Assembly (NCBI GenBank): GCA_026770705.1
Contig: JANJGN010000008.1
Span: 68,820,001 to 68,884,000 of the forward strand
DNA: 64,000 nucleotides
DNA from: Isurus oxyrinchus
Taxonomy: Eukaryota
Direction of reading: 5' to 3'
The notes beneath the pieces were generated by a model that saw nothing but the letters and a program-made list of their open reading frames with translations, was not told the DNA's origin and searched no databases. Position 1 is the stretch's first letter. The number at the start of each line of letters is the position of its first letter. This document shows, one piece after another, positions 12,661 to 25,384 of the stretch. A program made the position numbers and the translations under genes.

Positions 12661-15600
12661 TGATGAGAAACGGAATAATGCACCACAAATTATTTAGCTA
12701 ATAGGTGTGGCAAGAGGATTTTTGATTTGCCATTGGTTTCAGTAGATTAAGTTTGATTAAGTCCTATTGCTCAGAATTTTGTTATTAACATCAGCAATAG
12801 ACATTTATATTCAGTAGAAAATAAAAACTTAACCTGATATTCTATCACTATTTTCCTATAGCTAGGTTGGACACTAAAGGCCATATGTTGCTTGTTTCAT
12901 TAAGTTCAGTTAAAAAAAGGTAATGAGTAAAACGGCGTAATGCAAGTAAAAAGTACTGTGGCTATTTGTCTCTTTAGTGTTGTTCCTATACTTCTATTCC
13001 TCCAGAATTGTTTTAGCAAACAGTAGAAAATAATTGAGAGAAAATGAAATTTGTACATGTTAGCACTTTGTTAGCTTCATTAGTAATGATTTTATGAAGG
13101 ATTGTACAGCTGTACAGTCAAATTTAGAAGTGAGGATTTTACTCCAGCTCAGACTTGGAGTTACGGAGCTTACTGAAGGGGAAAATGTCAAACTATCAAC
13201 AAGCAGTGGCAGAAGTGAAAGATAAACAGGGTGTTCCATTTGTCCATCAGCAAAGCTGCATTTGCTATTGGCAAATGGTACTGCAATGTAACAACATGTA
13301 GAAGAGGAGTACACACAGTGTAAAAACCATAGGATTACAAATTCACAGTGAGTCCTGGCCTGGGAAGTGAGTCTACAGCAGTTAGCTCTGGAGCATGATA
13401 CAGGACCACTGTGTAAAGAAGCCCAGACTATGGTGAGGAACAATCAGCTGCCTGGAATTCTGAACAAGTGCCAGTGAAGGTTAACATTCTACTCAACAAA
13501 CACCCTCAGAAGTCAACCACTTTGTCTTTCAGACATCTGATGTTTTTTTTTTACTACATGGTTAAATAATTTGTAGGCTACAAAAAATAAATAAACCTAA
13601 ATTAATTTCATTTAGTTATGCATGTGTATGGTTTATGTATGCTTGTCTTTTATGCATTGTGAACATCTTCATTCTGGTTGTGCAAATATCCTAATTTTGA
13701 GTAGTTGAAGGGAAGCACTTGTGTGTGGAGACAGATCAATGATGAGATATAAAGGATACCACCTGTCTCTGGTACCAATTCTGAAACATCTGGATCACAG
13801 ATGGGGCTCTTTGCTGGAGTTGCAGTGATTTCAGTATCTTCAGAGATAGTATCTACTTGTGCAAGATTATATGATCTAGTTGATGTGAATACCTACCAGT
13901 CACTTTAATCTACTTCTCACATGCATCCTCTGACGTGCTTCTCTCAAGAGGTTCATTGCCATGTCTGAGATAGGTTAATTGGCATCTATGAAGTATTGAT
14001 ATTCCCTTTCTAATGTCTGAAATCATTCTGCAAAGAGATACAGAAATCCAGCCATTGCTGCATCTTGGACTTCTAAGCTTCCAAAGCATTGATGAAATAT
14101 ACATGAAAGATGCTTCTAATGTGCTTATGGCCTGTATAATTTCAGCCTCTGCAGATGTCACATGCTCAATGGTAGTCTGTAGTGCAGCCAATTATTGATC
14201 CATGTCAGTACTCATGGGCAGTGGCATATTTGCATGTTGCACTTTCCCACATTATCCAGATCAACTTCCAATGTAGTACACATGAATGTACATGACTTCT
14301 CAATATGGCTGGTGTTGCATCAGTGTGTTGGAAGGAGTCTCACTAACTTGTTTCCACATTCAACTCAGCAAAATAGACCCCTGTTCTAGATCAGCTACCA
14401 TTCTTTAACCACACCTCTGCTCTTTTCCTCACCAATTCTTGTTGGCTTCCTCCTCAGTCATTAGCTGTTAGCAGTGTGCAGATAGCTATGTTGGTTCCTG
14501 CTTTGCATAATGTCATGATATATGTTGTTCGGTAGTGCTGTTCAGGTATGGCTGGAGTTCTTCTTGTTGTGTGAAAATAACAGATGCTACATTGTGAGTA
14601 AATGACCACATTTATCGATTTTGCTACTACATTACCAGGATAGTATCAAGAGTTAGAGCATAATCATTCTGTCTGGTGATGTTACTATTGTACAAATCGG
14701 TGAATTTTCAAATAATATAGTAACATAACATAGTATAGTAATATAACATTACATAACTCTTGAGCTCTAATATCTCCAAAGGCCCATGATTTTCCAAACT
14801 CTGCCTCTTGAACAAATGTACAGTTAAAGTGAACTGTTGTATCTCAGTATCTGCCACTTGCTCCATGCTCCAATTTCTGTTTATATGCAGGTTAAAACAT
14901 ACAGGCGGCAAGGAATAAACAGAATGTTGTGGCCCATGGAAATGATTTTTTTCAGTATACTCTCTTTCTCCTATCATGACTTTGTTTAATTCCAATATCC
15001 TTGCTAACATTTTCCTGTGTCAGTGCAGCACTTCTAATAGATTTTAATGACTGTTACTTTTTCCATGTCTACCTATATCCAGTACTGTTACTTTGCATTA
15101 CTGCCTTTGTACTCTTACTTCAGTCTTGTAACTTCATTTCAACATCCAGCAGTTATTGTGTGTTGTTGGCACAACCTTCACACATTTTCATATAAAGGAA
15201 TCATCCCCTACCCCAACATAATACAAGGTCACATTTCCCCATCACTAGGGATCCAGAATCTGGCTGATGAAATGGGACCTGTTCTCAAATTGCTTAGTAA
15301 TTTCCTTTGAAAATTGCAATGCACTACTGGATTAAAGAATGACTGTTCTGGTTAAATGGCTGGAAAAGTGATTGAGAGGCTTTAAAAGCCCTTTTTATTG
15401 ATGCTGCCATTGACTGTTATCGTCATATTGCCATTGGTTAAATGGAAGTCACAGGAATGATGAAAAACATACCTTCCCACTATTTCATTGGCAGGTCAGA
15501 AATGATTAAGACCTGGATGTGCCCCATCCAATATTTAGAAGAAAATATATTTTTGAAATGTGTATGGATTCCTGATGTGTTTCTACATAAAGAATGATAT

Positions 15601-15907
15601 TAGTCCTGCAATGACCAGAAGTTCCTCTTGTCTGTTTAAGAAAAGAGTGGTGGCTTACCAAACAAACGTAAAAATCTAACATGATAAAAGTTTGCACATA
15701 ATGCATGTATTGTGCTTTTATTTACATCATATCTGTCTCTGTGATCGAGCTTTTGGAAACTTTACTGTGCCCAACAAATGCCAATTACTGTATAGTTACA
15801 TATGTAACAGGGTAATATACTTATTGGATTAGTTTATAGATTAACAAGTATGGTTGATAGACTTATTATGGATACAAAGCCAAAGGTAGAAAAAGAACAC
15901 ATGATAT

Positions 15908-16385
15908 CCAACCCTTAAACCAGCCCCAAACCTAACCCCTAAACCGGCCCCAACCCTAACCCTTAAATGAGCCCCAGTTGTAATATTTAAACCAGCCCCA
16001 ACACAAACACTAAAACCAGCCCCAACCCAAACACTAAAACCAGCCCCAACCCTAAAACTAAAACCAGCCCCAACGCTAACCCTTAAATCAGCCCAGCCCT
16101 AACATTTAAACTGAGCCCCAATCCTAACACTAAAACCAGCCCCAACCCTAACACTTAAACCAGCCCCAACCCTAAAACTAAAACCAGCCCCAACCCTAAC
16201 ACTTAAACCAGCCCCAACCCTAACACTAAAACCAGTCCCAACCCTAACACTAAAACCAAGCTACTACTCTAAACTTTAAACTACTCCATAACCCCAACTG
16301 TTAAAACCAAACACTAACCTCAACCCCAGCCCTTAAGCCAAATCCAACCCTTGAACCAAACCCTTCTAGGTATAACTCTAAACCC
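15908..16385. repeat. 24-bp telomere-like minisatellite (AAAACCAGCCCCAACCCTAACACT) in Emx3 intron 1
   Basis: Unit starts at 16036 and 16060 (period 24 = 4 hexamers); most units contain CCCTAA. Confidence 0.9.
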
Positions 16386-17489
16386 CACACGACACTATAG
16401 TTTCCGCTAACTGTAGATCGAGGCCTTAGAAACTCCAAACATTCCACCACACCCCCCACCCCAACCCAGTTTTCACCATAATCCCAATGCAAAACACTGG
16501 TTCTGGACAACTTTAACCGAGATAACTTTGAATTCAAAAACTGGGACGCAATTTATACTAATCCTAAACCAAGCCTTAACCATATCCACTAAACTAACGA
16601 TTGCGGTTTTAATTAAGTTGAGGCCCAAAGTAAGATAACAGTTTCTGCTGATCCTAGTAGTGATGTTGTTGATTAAATGGGAACTGTGCCAATACCAGTG
16701 TTCTTTTTCTTTTCCTTTTAAGGTGTGAATTTTGTTGGCACATTGCAGTGTAATAGTGTTTAATTACACTGCGCATATCTAATTTATAACACTTTTATTA
16801 TCGTACAGCAACATATTCAGATATTAATAACTGTACAATTAATAATTATTCGTATTTAATGCTAATTGCTTTGTTGCAAAAAATAATATTGGTTTGGACC
16901 TGTTTCGTTTGTCTCATTGAAGGACAGCTTAATATATTGCCACGTAAAGCAACGTAACGGTTTAAAATTCATAGTTACATTTTGATATCAGGTAGATTGT
17001 GAGTTGAGTGGAGTGGAAAAGCAGACGCGTGAAAATTCGGGACCATATCCACTTAGCACCGCGGGAAAGACTCAGCTATGTCGTTGCCGATATTGTCCTT
17101 CCAAAGGTGGCTTAGATTTGGAAAGAGCATTTTGAACTATACAACACTAGAGCGATGTATCGCTGTTAACAGGTCTGTCATTAATGATGGTTGTGGAACA
17201 TTTTGAGGTGATAAATTAAAAGTAGCACGCGGATTGGCACAGAAATAAAGCATATTGGCTGAAGTGCGATTTCTGCTAGTGTATGACTCCCAATATGTTG
17301 AAGTGTAGTGACAGCAGTCTGTGTGCAATTACAATCACTTATGAGTACAGAGCACGCACTATCCAGTCATTATTCTTGATCATATTGATCATATTTTCTA
17401 AGCAGAGCAAAAAATCTCATGCTGATGTAATCGGAAACCAATTCCTCCTAATACATTTACCCTTGTTATTTTTCTGTTGTTGTTTGTAG

Positions 17490-17674
17490 GTAGTGAGGGG
17501 GGAGCCGAGGGTTTGCTCCTTCACGGCCCTTTCACCAGAAAACCTAAACGGATTCGAACAGCCTTCTCCCCGTCCCAGCTCCTGAGGTTAGAGCGAGCCT
17601 TCGAGAAAAATCATTATGTGGTGGGAGCCGAGAGAAAACAATTAGCAAACAGCTTGTGTCTGACAGAAACCCAG
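17490..17674 (+). CDS. emx3: Emx3 coding exon 2 (linker plus homeodomain up to the start of helix 3)
   Basis: Pyrimidine-rich acceptor ...ttgttgtttgtag|GT. Encodes (G)[61 protein letters not shown]. Donor CAG|GTAAGA at 17675. Phase matches exon 1 (352+185 nt = 179 codons). Confidence 0.96.
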
Positions 17675-20499
17675 GTAAGAATGTTGAAGTAGATAGCTAG
17701 AGAGAGGGGCGGATTGATGCTTGGGTTTGGCAGGAAGAAACATGGGCGGAGGGAGGGTGTGCGGCGAAAAATGTTTGTAATGCAGCGATTTTCGGCTTAG
17801 ACTGCACTAACCGAAGATTTGATGCCAGCGCATTCAACAGCAACTTTCACAGGGGCATTTATATTTAGTTGAAAATGAAACATTGACAGGGCGATGGCAA
17901 GTCACGGAACTGTGACTAATTGGATCATTCTTCCAAACAGCTAACACGGTCACGATGGGCAGAATACCCCCCTCTAAATTGCATGATTCCACACAAAAAC
18001 ATCAAATAGGATTTGTATAATGTGAGGCAGTTGCTGTGAACGTTCCACTATACTTCCCCACTTGTATTCAGGCAGCTTAATATAGGCCGTCGTTAAATAA
18101 TCAAATAGTCGTACATTAAACAGAATTTCTTAAAAATCCAAATAGTTCCATGACATTTTGATCTGCCAAATACCTCAGGGGGCTCCTTCTCGTTAAATCA
18201 AGGGAAATTTCTGCAAATATTCAGAACATTGCCGTTCTGAATGATCAGAAGAAAAGGGAGGGGCAAATCATAGAACTAACCCAACATGCAAAAACCCCTC
18301 TTTGAGCTGTGTGTCAAGCATGTCAAGCAAGTTTGTTGCAGTACCTGTTTATTATCTGGACACCTGCGGTCTTTAAGACTGTTGTATTTACGCAGAAAGA
18401 GTGAAAAAAGCAGTTCATATTCGGCCTCATAACAGTTCGATTGAAGCTCAGGAGAGGAAGGTGTACCTTGTTTAATCGTGCACAGACTGTAATAACCGAG
18501 AATGACATGCAAGTGGTAATAATAATAAATAGAACATTCTGTTGACATGTGCTAATGTTGCTGTACCGTGGATTTCTTGTGATTATTGGGCCATCTCCAT
18601 ACTCAGCCTGGTGTAAAATGGAAACTATCACATTTTACTAATGGAACAGGTCACATGTTCCAAAATAAAAACACTAACGACAAAAATGAACACGCAGGAA
18701 TTATTCGCCTCTCACTAAGGACCAAATATTGGAATACGAAAACCGAGGAAATATTCTAAACTGATACAGTTAGATCTACATCCCTATAAATGTACAATGC
18801 TTACAAAAGCAATGTCAGTATTTATCAGCTGGCTTGGCGTTTGGACAGACTGCATATGAACAAATACATGTGTTAGAATGTACTCCTCAGCCTGTTTAAA
18901 CAGCGATTCTGCAACAAGATCTGAATCAAAACTGTAGTATGATAAAATGATCCAAAATGAGGATAAGTTGCAGAAGGCGTTAATGTGTAAATTTATTAGG
19001 TACAGCATTGCAGTGCTCGAGTGAAAGAAATGGGGGAGGACTTAGAATATTCATTGTGTTGAGTACTGTAAACATGAATAATCAGGAGGTTTGCTTGTAT
19101 CCAGATTGTGCGTTAAAATGCTTAGCTGATATGTTCTCTACAATGGGAGTGGATAGGAAAGTGTCTTTTTCTTGGGATTTAATACAGCAATTGACTTTGC
19201 CCCAGTATTCTGCATTATACCAAGTGGCATGGCCCATTGGGGTTTTGTTTAAAGAAAGATGCCGTGATCGTTGCCGAGATCACGGTTGCTTTTGTTTGGA
19301 GTGAACCACTTTGTTAATTAATATAAACTAGTGACATTTGTGTGCCCATGTAAAAACATTGGTTGAAATAGTTAACTACTATACTACCCACAACTCTACA
19401 TCGATAAATGGCCCGAATCGTGTGTCACTTTAGTCTTGCATTTTAGTATTGCACTGAAATTGAGGGACATAACATTTGCACCTCAATGGATTAACACTGC
19501 TATAGTCCCAAATCAGCTAGTACAACGAAGATCAGCCGGGGTAAGAAACCTGATCCAGTAGTTGTTGATTCTGACTGTAATTGTACAATGAAGTAACAAT
19601 AGTATCAGCATCCACCACATGAAAACGATGATATATTAATACAGGCACTTCAGTGCTTAGAAAGGCAATATGAGCGGGTTATTCATGCTCTGCTTAATTA
19701 TTTATCCATCAACCTTTGTTGATAAATAGAACAATACATCAACATAGCAAATTACTTCCACCCTCTAAAAGTACGTATCGCCAACAATAATCAGGTTTAA
19801 AGTAATCTAACTGAAGAAGGGTTGATATTTGCAGTGCAGATGATTCTCGGTCATTTAGAGCGGTTTAGCACTATCCTAAAGTGAATACATGGGAGGCAAG
19901 GCTTGTCCGAAGAAGCATTTCCGATGCATATATTCAACTGTGGCTATCAAGGATAGAACGGATCAGGCGAGGAGACAGTGTAGCGATGGGGGGAATCGTC
20001 CCATTTCTGCCTGTCATCTATTTAAATTGCTCTGGACCCCTTTAATATCGGTGTGGACGCGAGTTCAGTTTTTGACAACGGCTTTCAGACTTAAGGTCCC
20101 ATGAACGGGGCTAAGCTGAAACACCAGCCGCCTTCTGAAGGAGATGAGAGTTGATTTTAGCCGCTGCTTGTCGGCGAACAGGACAATCTAGAATCCGGAA
20201 GAGAAAACAAAAGATAGGACAAAGTTATTTTCAAGTATTCATTTTCAAGTATTAACCAACTTCCAACCTGTTTCGCAAAGAAATGAAAATCCATTACAGA
20301 ATTCTGGTTTGACTACATTTCCAAGGATATCTAATTGAATAAAGCGTGTCGATTGGGAGGGCTGTGCTGTGTAAAAAGAGTTTAGGAAGAAAATATAAAT
20401 CAAGTAAAACACGAATTGATTCTTTTGAAGTTAATTTAACGCCATCCAAATGGATATTGCCAGCGTAAAGAGGTTTACGAAAAGTCTTTCCCTGACATA

Positions 20500-21420
20500 C
20501 GAAGCATTCATATAGACACCAGCACAGAGTGAGGCGCACAGAGACAACCTCCAAAATATACGGACTCAAACATACAAACGCATAGACACACACACACACA
20601 CACACACACACACTGACTAAATAGACATTGACATACACATACAGGCCCTTAGAAACACACACACAAACACACACACAGGAATCCACTGACTCGTACATAC
20701 AGATCCTTAAACACAGAGACAAAGGTACAGACATAGACTGACGCACACACAAATACTGATATAAATAAACATTGACATACACATACAGGCCCATAGAAAC
20801 ACACACACACAAATATTAATATAAATGTACATTGTCATACACATATAAACCCATAGACACACACAACACAGATACAGAAATGAACTGACATACAGGTCCA
20901 TAGACACGAACACAAATAGAGGAATACATTGACTAATGGAGATCCACACACACACACACACATACACAGAGAAATTCACTGACTCATACATACAGAGTCT
21001 TAAACACAAACAGAGACACGTGTATAGATATAGACTGATTGTCACACACAAATACTGATGTAAATATACATTGACATACACATATAGGCCCATAGAAACA
21101 CACACACACAGAAATTCACTGAGTCGTACAGACAGATCCTTAAGCAGAGATACATGTACAAGCTTAGACTGACTCTCACACCCAGATCCACGGTAACAAA
21201 TATACAGACACAGGCACAGAAATACACTGACTCCAACATACAAATCCATAGATACAACACATGCTCACAGACACAAGGACAGGAATTAATGGACACAGAT
21301 CTATAGATACAGGGACTCATAGGTACAGATCCATAAACACAAACACACAAACACCCAGGCATAGTGGCGGAAGTAAACTGACTCATACATACAGATCCAT
21401 AATCTGATACCGGAACAGAA
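20500..21420. repeat. Degenerate CA-rich complex tandem repeat with (CA)n tracts in intron 2
   Basis: Recurring cattgacatacacatacaggcccatagaaacacacacac and attcactgactc blocks; source of V/C/Y-rich spurious ORFs. Confidence 0.85.
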
Positions 21421-21796
21421 TTATACATCATTTCATTCACATTATTTCCGAATCTTCAAAACGGATTGAATAATCCAGTGTAGAGAATCCTATTGTGGAA
21501 CGTACAAGTTTAAAATAAATGACTTATGTTTTAATACATTTACAAAGAAATCAGTTTGCAGGTGTGTTGTGGGCCTTTAACTGTAACACTAGAATTCAGA
21601 TTATCAATGTTTGACAGTGAACCCCGGATCAGTACTATATCAAACCACCGTTCATGGCTATTCACTCCCTCTGTTTATAGACTTTAATCACGTCATTTTC
21701 ATTCTGGGTAGACCCATTTTTTTTCTGACTTGCCTTATATGAACTGGATGCCAAATCACTTCACACTCATTCTACGGTGGGCTAGAAAAAGGAGGA

Positions 21797-22001
21797 TAAA
21801 AACAAAAAACTGCGGATGCTGGAAATCCAAAACAAAAACAGAATTACATGGAAAAACTCAGCAGGTCTGGCAGCATCGGCGGAGAAGAAAAGAGTTGACG
21901 TTTCGAGTCCTCATGACCCTTCCACAGAACTGTCAACGTCAACTCTTCTCCGCCGATGCTGCCAGACCTGCTGAGTTTTCCAGGTAATTCTGTTTTTGTT
22001 T
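21797..22001. mobile_element. Penelope-type short insertion with inverted (fold-back) arms and a 14-bp target-site duplication
   Basis: TAGAAAAAGGAGGA at 21783-21796 and 22002-22015. Arms at ~21829-21902 and ~21935-22002 are near-perfect reverse complements. Hammerhead-like motif on the - strand at 21893-21931. Confidence 0.85.
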
Positions 22002-25000
22002 TAGAAAAAGGAGGAAATGGCTTTCGGTTCACTTGCATTATAAGGAATTCTAACTCAGATGCCCAAACCCATTTGAGGCCCAGTTGTACTTTCCAGTGTT
22101 TAGTACGGATCAAGGACGCATCTGTCAATCGAAGGTCTTTTATATCTAAGTATTACAAATCGAACCATTGGCCCATTAATACTTTCTCACATTTATTTTT
22201 GTTCTTGGTCCATTAATACTTTATCGTTTATTTTTGTTAAGTATCCGTACAATAATTTTGTCTAGAATTGTTGCCAGGGAAAACGAATCGTACTGGATTA
22301 CAGATATTACAAGCGGGTTATCTGTATTAGGAGGGACAGAAAATCTCGCTGAGATTTCACAACAATTTGTTCAGTTGTAAGGAATTGGTTAGATGGTTAG
22401 TGTACCTAGTAGTAACGATCAAAATGAAAGGATAGCTCGACGCCACATGCAACAATGAAGAAGGGCATGTTTGTCCTAGTGCTGTTTCCGTGGTGAGGCG
22501 GAAGAATAATCGACTGCCCCATTCGTTGTAGAAGACTTAGGTACAGGTACAGGAGTCGCTCAAAAAATAATACCCAAAAATAAAATTGCGCCCCTCCCGT
22601 CACGGATTTTACATTTGGAATACAGCCAACCCAGAATCACTCTGAATGTTTGCTTTAAAGACCCGACGTTAGTGGAAGTGAAACAACAGCATGTTCAAAC
22701 AGGATAATAAAAGTTGAACTTTTCCAGTGTCAGTGGACTCAAAGGCCAACAGTAAAGCGGGGCTGCGCTGACCAGATATCGCATTCACTTTCTGTCCTGG
22801 TTAGTTAGAAAGGGACAATATTTGGAGTTTTCTTTTTAAGAGAACGAATTAAGTCCCCAGTGCCTAATATAGTAGGGCGTATTAAAACGGCAATGTTTAC
22901 GGGTCTGTTCTGGTCGAGGATTTACGGAACAGACAGACCTTTAAAGGCACAGTTTGTCATGTGCAGCCGCGTTTGCAAACTCGGCTACGACTTATAGCTA
23001 TTTGAAAAATATACATAATGCAAAAAAAACCCAATCAAACCACGACGTTCAGCCCCGAGGCTAACAATGTGCTGGTTGTTTCATCGGCATTCTGTCCAAG
23101 TGCAGTCATTCATTTTAATTTTGTTAACGTGCCACCGATTAAGCAAAATGCTGCAACACTTCAGAACGAAAATAGCTCACAGCTTTTCAAAACTTCCCCT
23201 GTGCGCGCATTGGAGCTCATTCCTTTAAAGAAAAACTCCCTTAATGCTGCCTTGCAGCATCAGTTCCAGGCTATACTGTCTAGAGCATGACCTGAGGTAC
23301 ATACTGTGTCATATATCGTACAGATATCTTACACCCGCCGGGTAGTATGCCGCAAAGAACTGGGACATAGGCATGTTTTTGGATATTGGACCAGGGACGT
23401 TCGGGTTCAAGAAGGAGCAATGGGAGAAATGGGAAATGAGAGAAATGGGCTTTCTTGCCTGCAATTGGTTTATGTTTTAATCCGCTATTCTGGGGCAAGT
23501 AAAATATATATAAAAAAAACTGGAATTCCGTTAGAAGGTGAACGGATACAATTGGTAGAGATAGAAATGTCTTTTTACTGGGTATTAATTTACCCTCTCT
23601 TTAGGCTGAGTATGTACCCCAGGGGAATAGAAATGTCCGCTCACCAGTGTGTGCCAACAACCTCAGAGACTGATGCAAGGGCACCGTCAGGCAACTCACC
23701 AGCCGGGGCTTTGCTCACCCTACTGATTGCTAACGGATTCACCTTACAGCCTATTGCAGATATATGCCACTTCAGATATGCCGAAGTGACTGAGCCGCTG
23801 AGGTGGCTTCGATTTGGGTTAATTCTGGGAGCGGGAGGCCGATCAACTTTTAGCGAGCGAAAAAAAAGGTGTTCGAGTTTTGCATGTGTGCTGGGGATTC
23901 AAAGAAGTCCTCGGTGCAGTGTGTGAAATAAAGATCCCTTCTGTAATGAAAGTAAGACGGGGATGTGGCTAATCCCTTCACTATTCACTCGATGCAATGG
24001 TAATGTGCCCTTCTTCAAACAAAACGCCGGGGTTCCCCGCAGTTCAGTCTCTTTAGAACAGGGACACTGCAGAGGGCGGGGGGTGGCAGAGACCCTGTGA
24101 GTGAATAGAAGAAAGCAGAGTTAAAAGGCACAGGGGTGGGAGAATTTAGTTTTGGTCGGGTTTGACAGAAATTTATCCCAGAAATTCCGTGTGTCATAAA
24201 AGGTATTTGGTAGGAGAGAAGGTTGAAAGTAGATTGAATAAAGTTGCAGGGCCCTTGTAAAATCACCTGCTCCTGCCAGGGAGTCCACTCTCAGCACACG
24301 GTGTTTCGTTCCCATCCTTCAATAGTACTGCTCGATGTTATTTCAGCCCTGGGCTTCCACCAAGTTCCATGTCCAAATATTACTGTATATTTTCCTATCC
24401 AGTTGGCTTGACCTTTGCCAGAACCACGGCTGAGAAAGATCAGAAAATAGTATTTAGGGAAACGCTGGTTACAGGAACTCGAGTTCAAAGTGAAGACTCG
24501 TCACCCGTCAACCCAACTGACTAAAATGTCTGTCTGCGTTCAACAGCTGAGCGATTCCCCTAAAATAACAACCAATAATTGTGCACGTGTACCCTCAATC
24601 TTTTTAGAACTAGGCAGAAAATATAATTAAAAGGAAAATGGTTTGGGAATGTTCCAAACGTGTGCATTTATTGAGCATTGTGAACGCCTCAAAATCTCAA
24701 AGTCCTTTATAGAGAATGAACACGAAATGTGTCATTCAATCCACACAAACAACTTTAATAAATGTGTAATTACATGTTTGTTAATGGGTTCAATATTTAT
24801 ATGTTTTATCTATATATATATCTCATCTATACTAGTCCATTCTAAATAGTTCAGACACACAACGGATTGTGCAGTTTTTCTTTGGTCCTCCATATGTACC
24901 TTGTTTTCTAAAAAAAACCCGGCCTGCACATTTATTCTGTGGTACATCTGAGAAAATAGCAAAGAAAGGATTTATTTTGGGGAGCGCAGCCGGTCCCTCT

Positions 25001-25357
25001 CACTGACCGGGGGTAGTTGCAGCGGCGTCGGCTTCTCTCTGATTATTTGAAAGTTTTATGGTTTCCAGGTAAACGATAAGGTAACATTTACAGGATTAAT
25101 TCGGCTCTGAATTGATTGGGAAAGACTGATTTAAAATAGGCTATTTTATGTAATGAACGTGATGTCTATGTGGAGTGTGTCCACGAACTGATCAGCTGTT
25201 ATGTCAAGTTGCCTAAACTCGAATTGCCCATACCAGTTGCAAAGCGCCCTAAATTCAAATTGACACACATAAGGAAATCAAACGATTGTAGCCCCTGTTT
25301 TATAGAACTCTCAATCCAGATATAACACATCAACTATTCTCCGACCAGTTAAAAACT

Positions 25358-25384
25358 ACCCCCCCCCCCCCCCCCCCCCCCCCC
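25358..25384. repeat. Poly(C) tract
   Basis: About 26 consecutive C. Confidence 0.95.

Noticed and set aside
13900-14400. Coding-looking - strand segment (MAALQTTIEHVTSAEAEIIQ...)
   Set aside because: No recognisable family motifs or splice sites; probably decayed transposon sequence that I cannot assign.
19808-19830. CTGAAGAAGGG hammerhead-core-like word
   Set aside because: No stem II or GAAAC follows; isolated match.
20294-21440. Overlapping V/C/Y-rich ORFs on the - strand
   Set aside because: Products of degenerate (TG)n-rich repeats.
23306-23926. 206-aa ORF in intron 2
   Set aside because: Non-ATG start, no recognisable motif, no convincing exon boundaries; likely a chance ORF.
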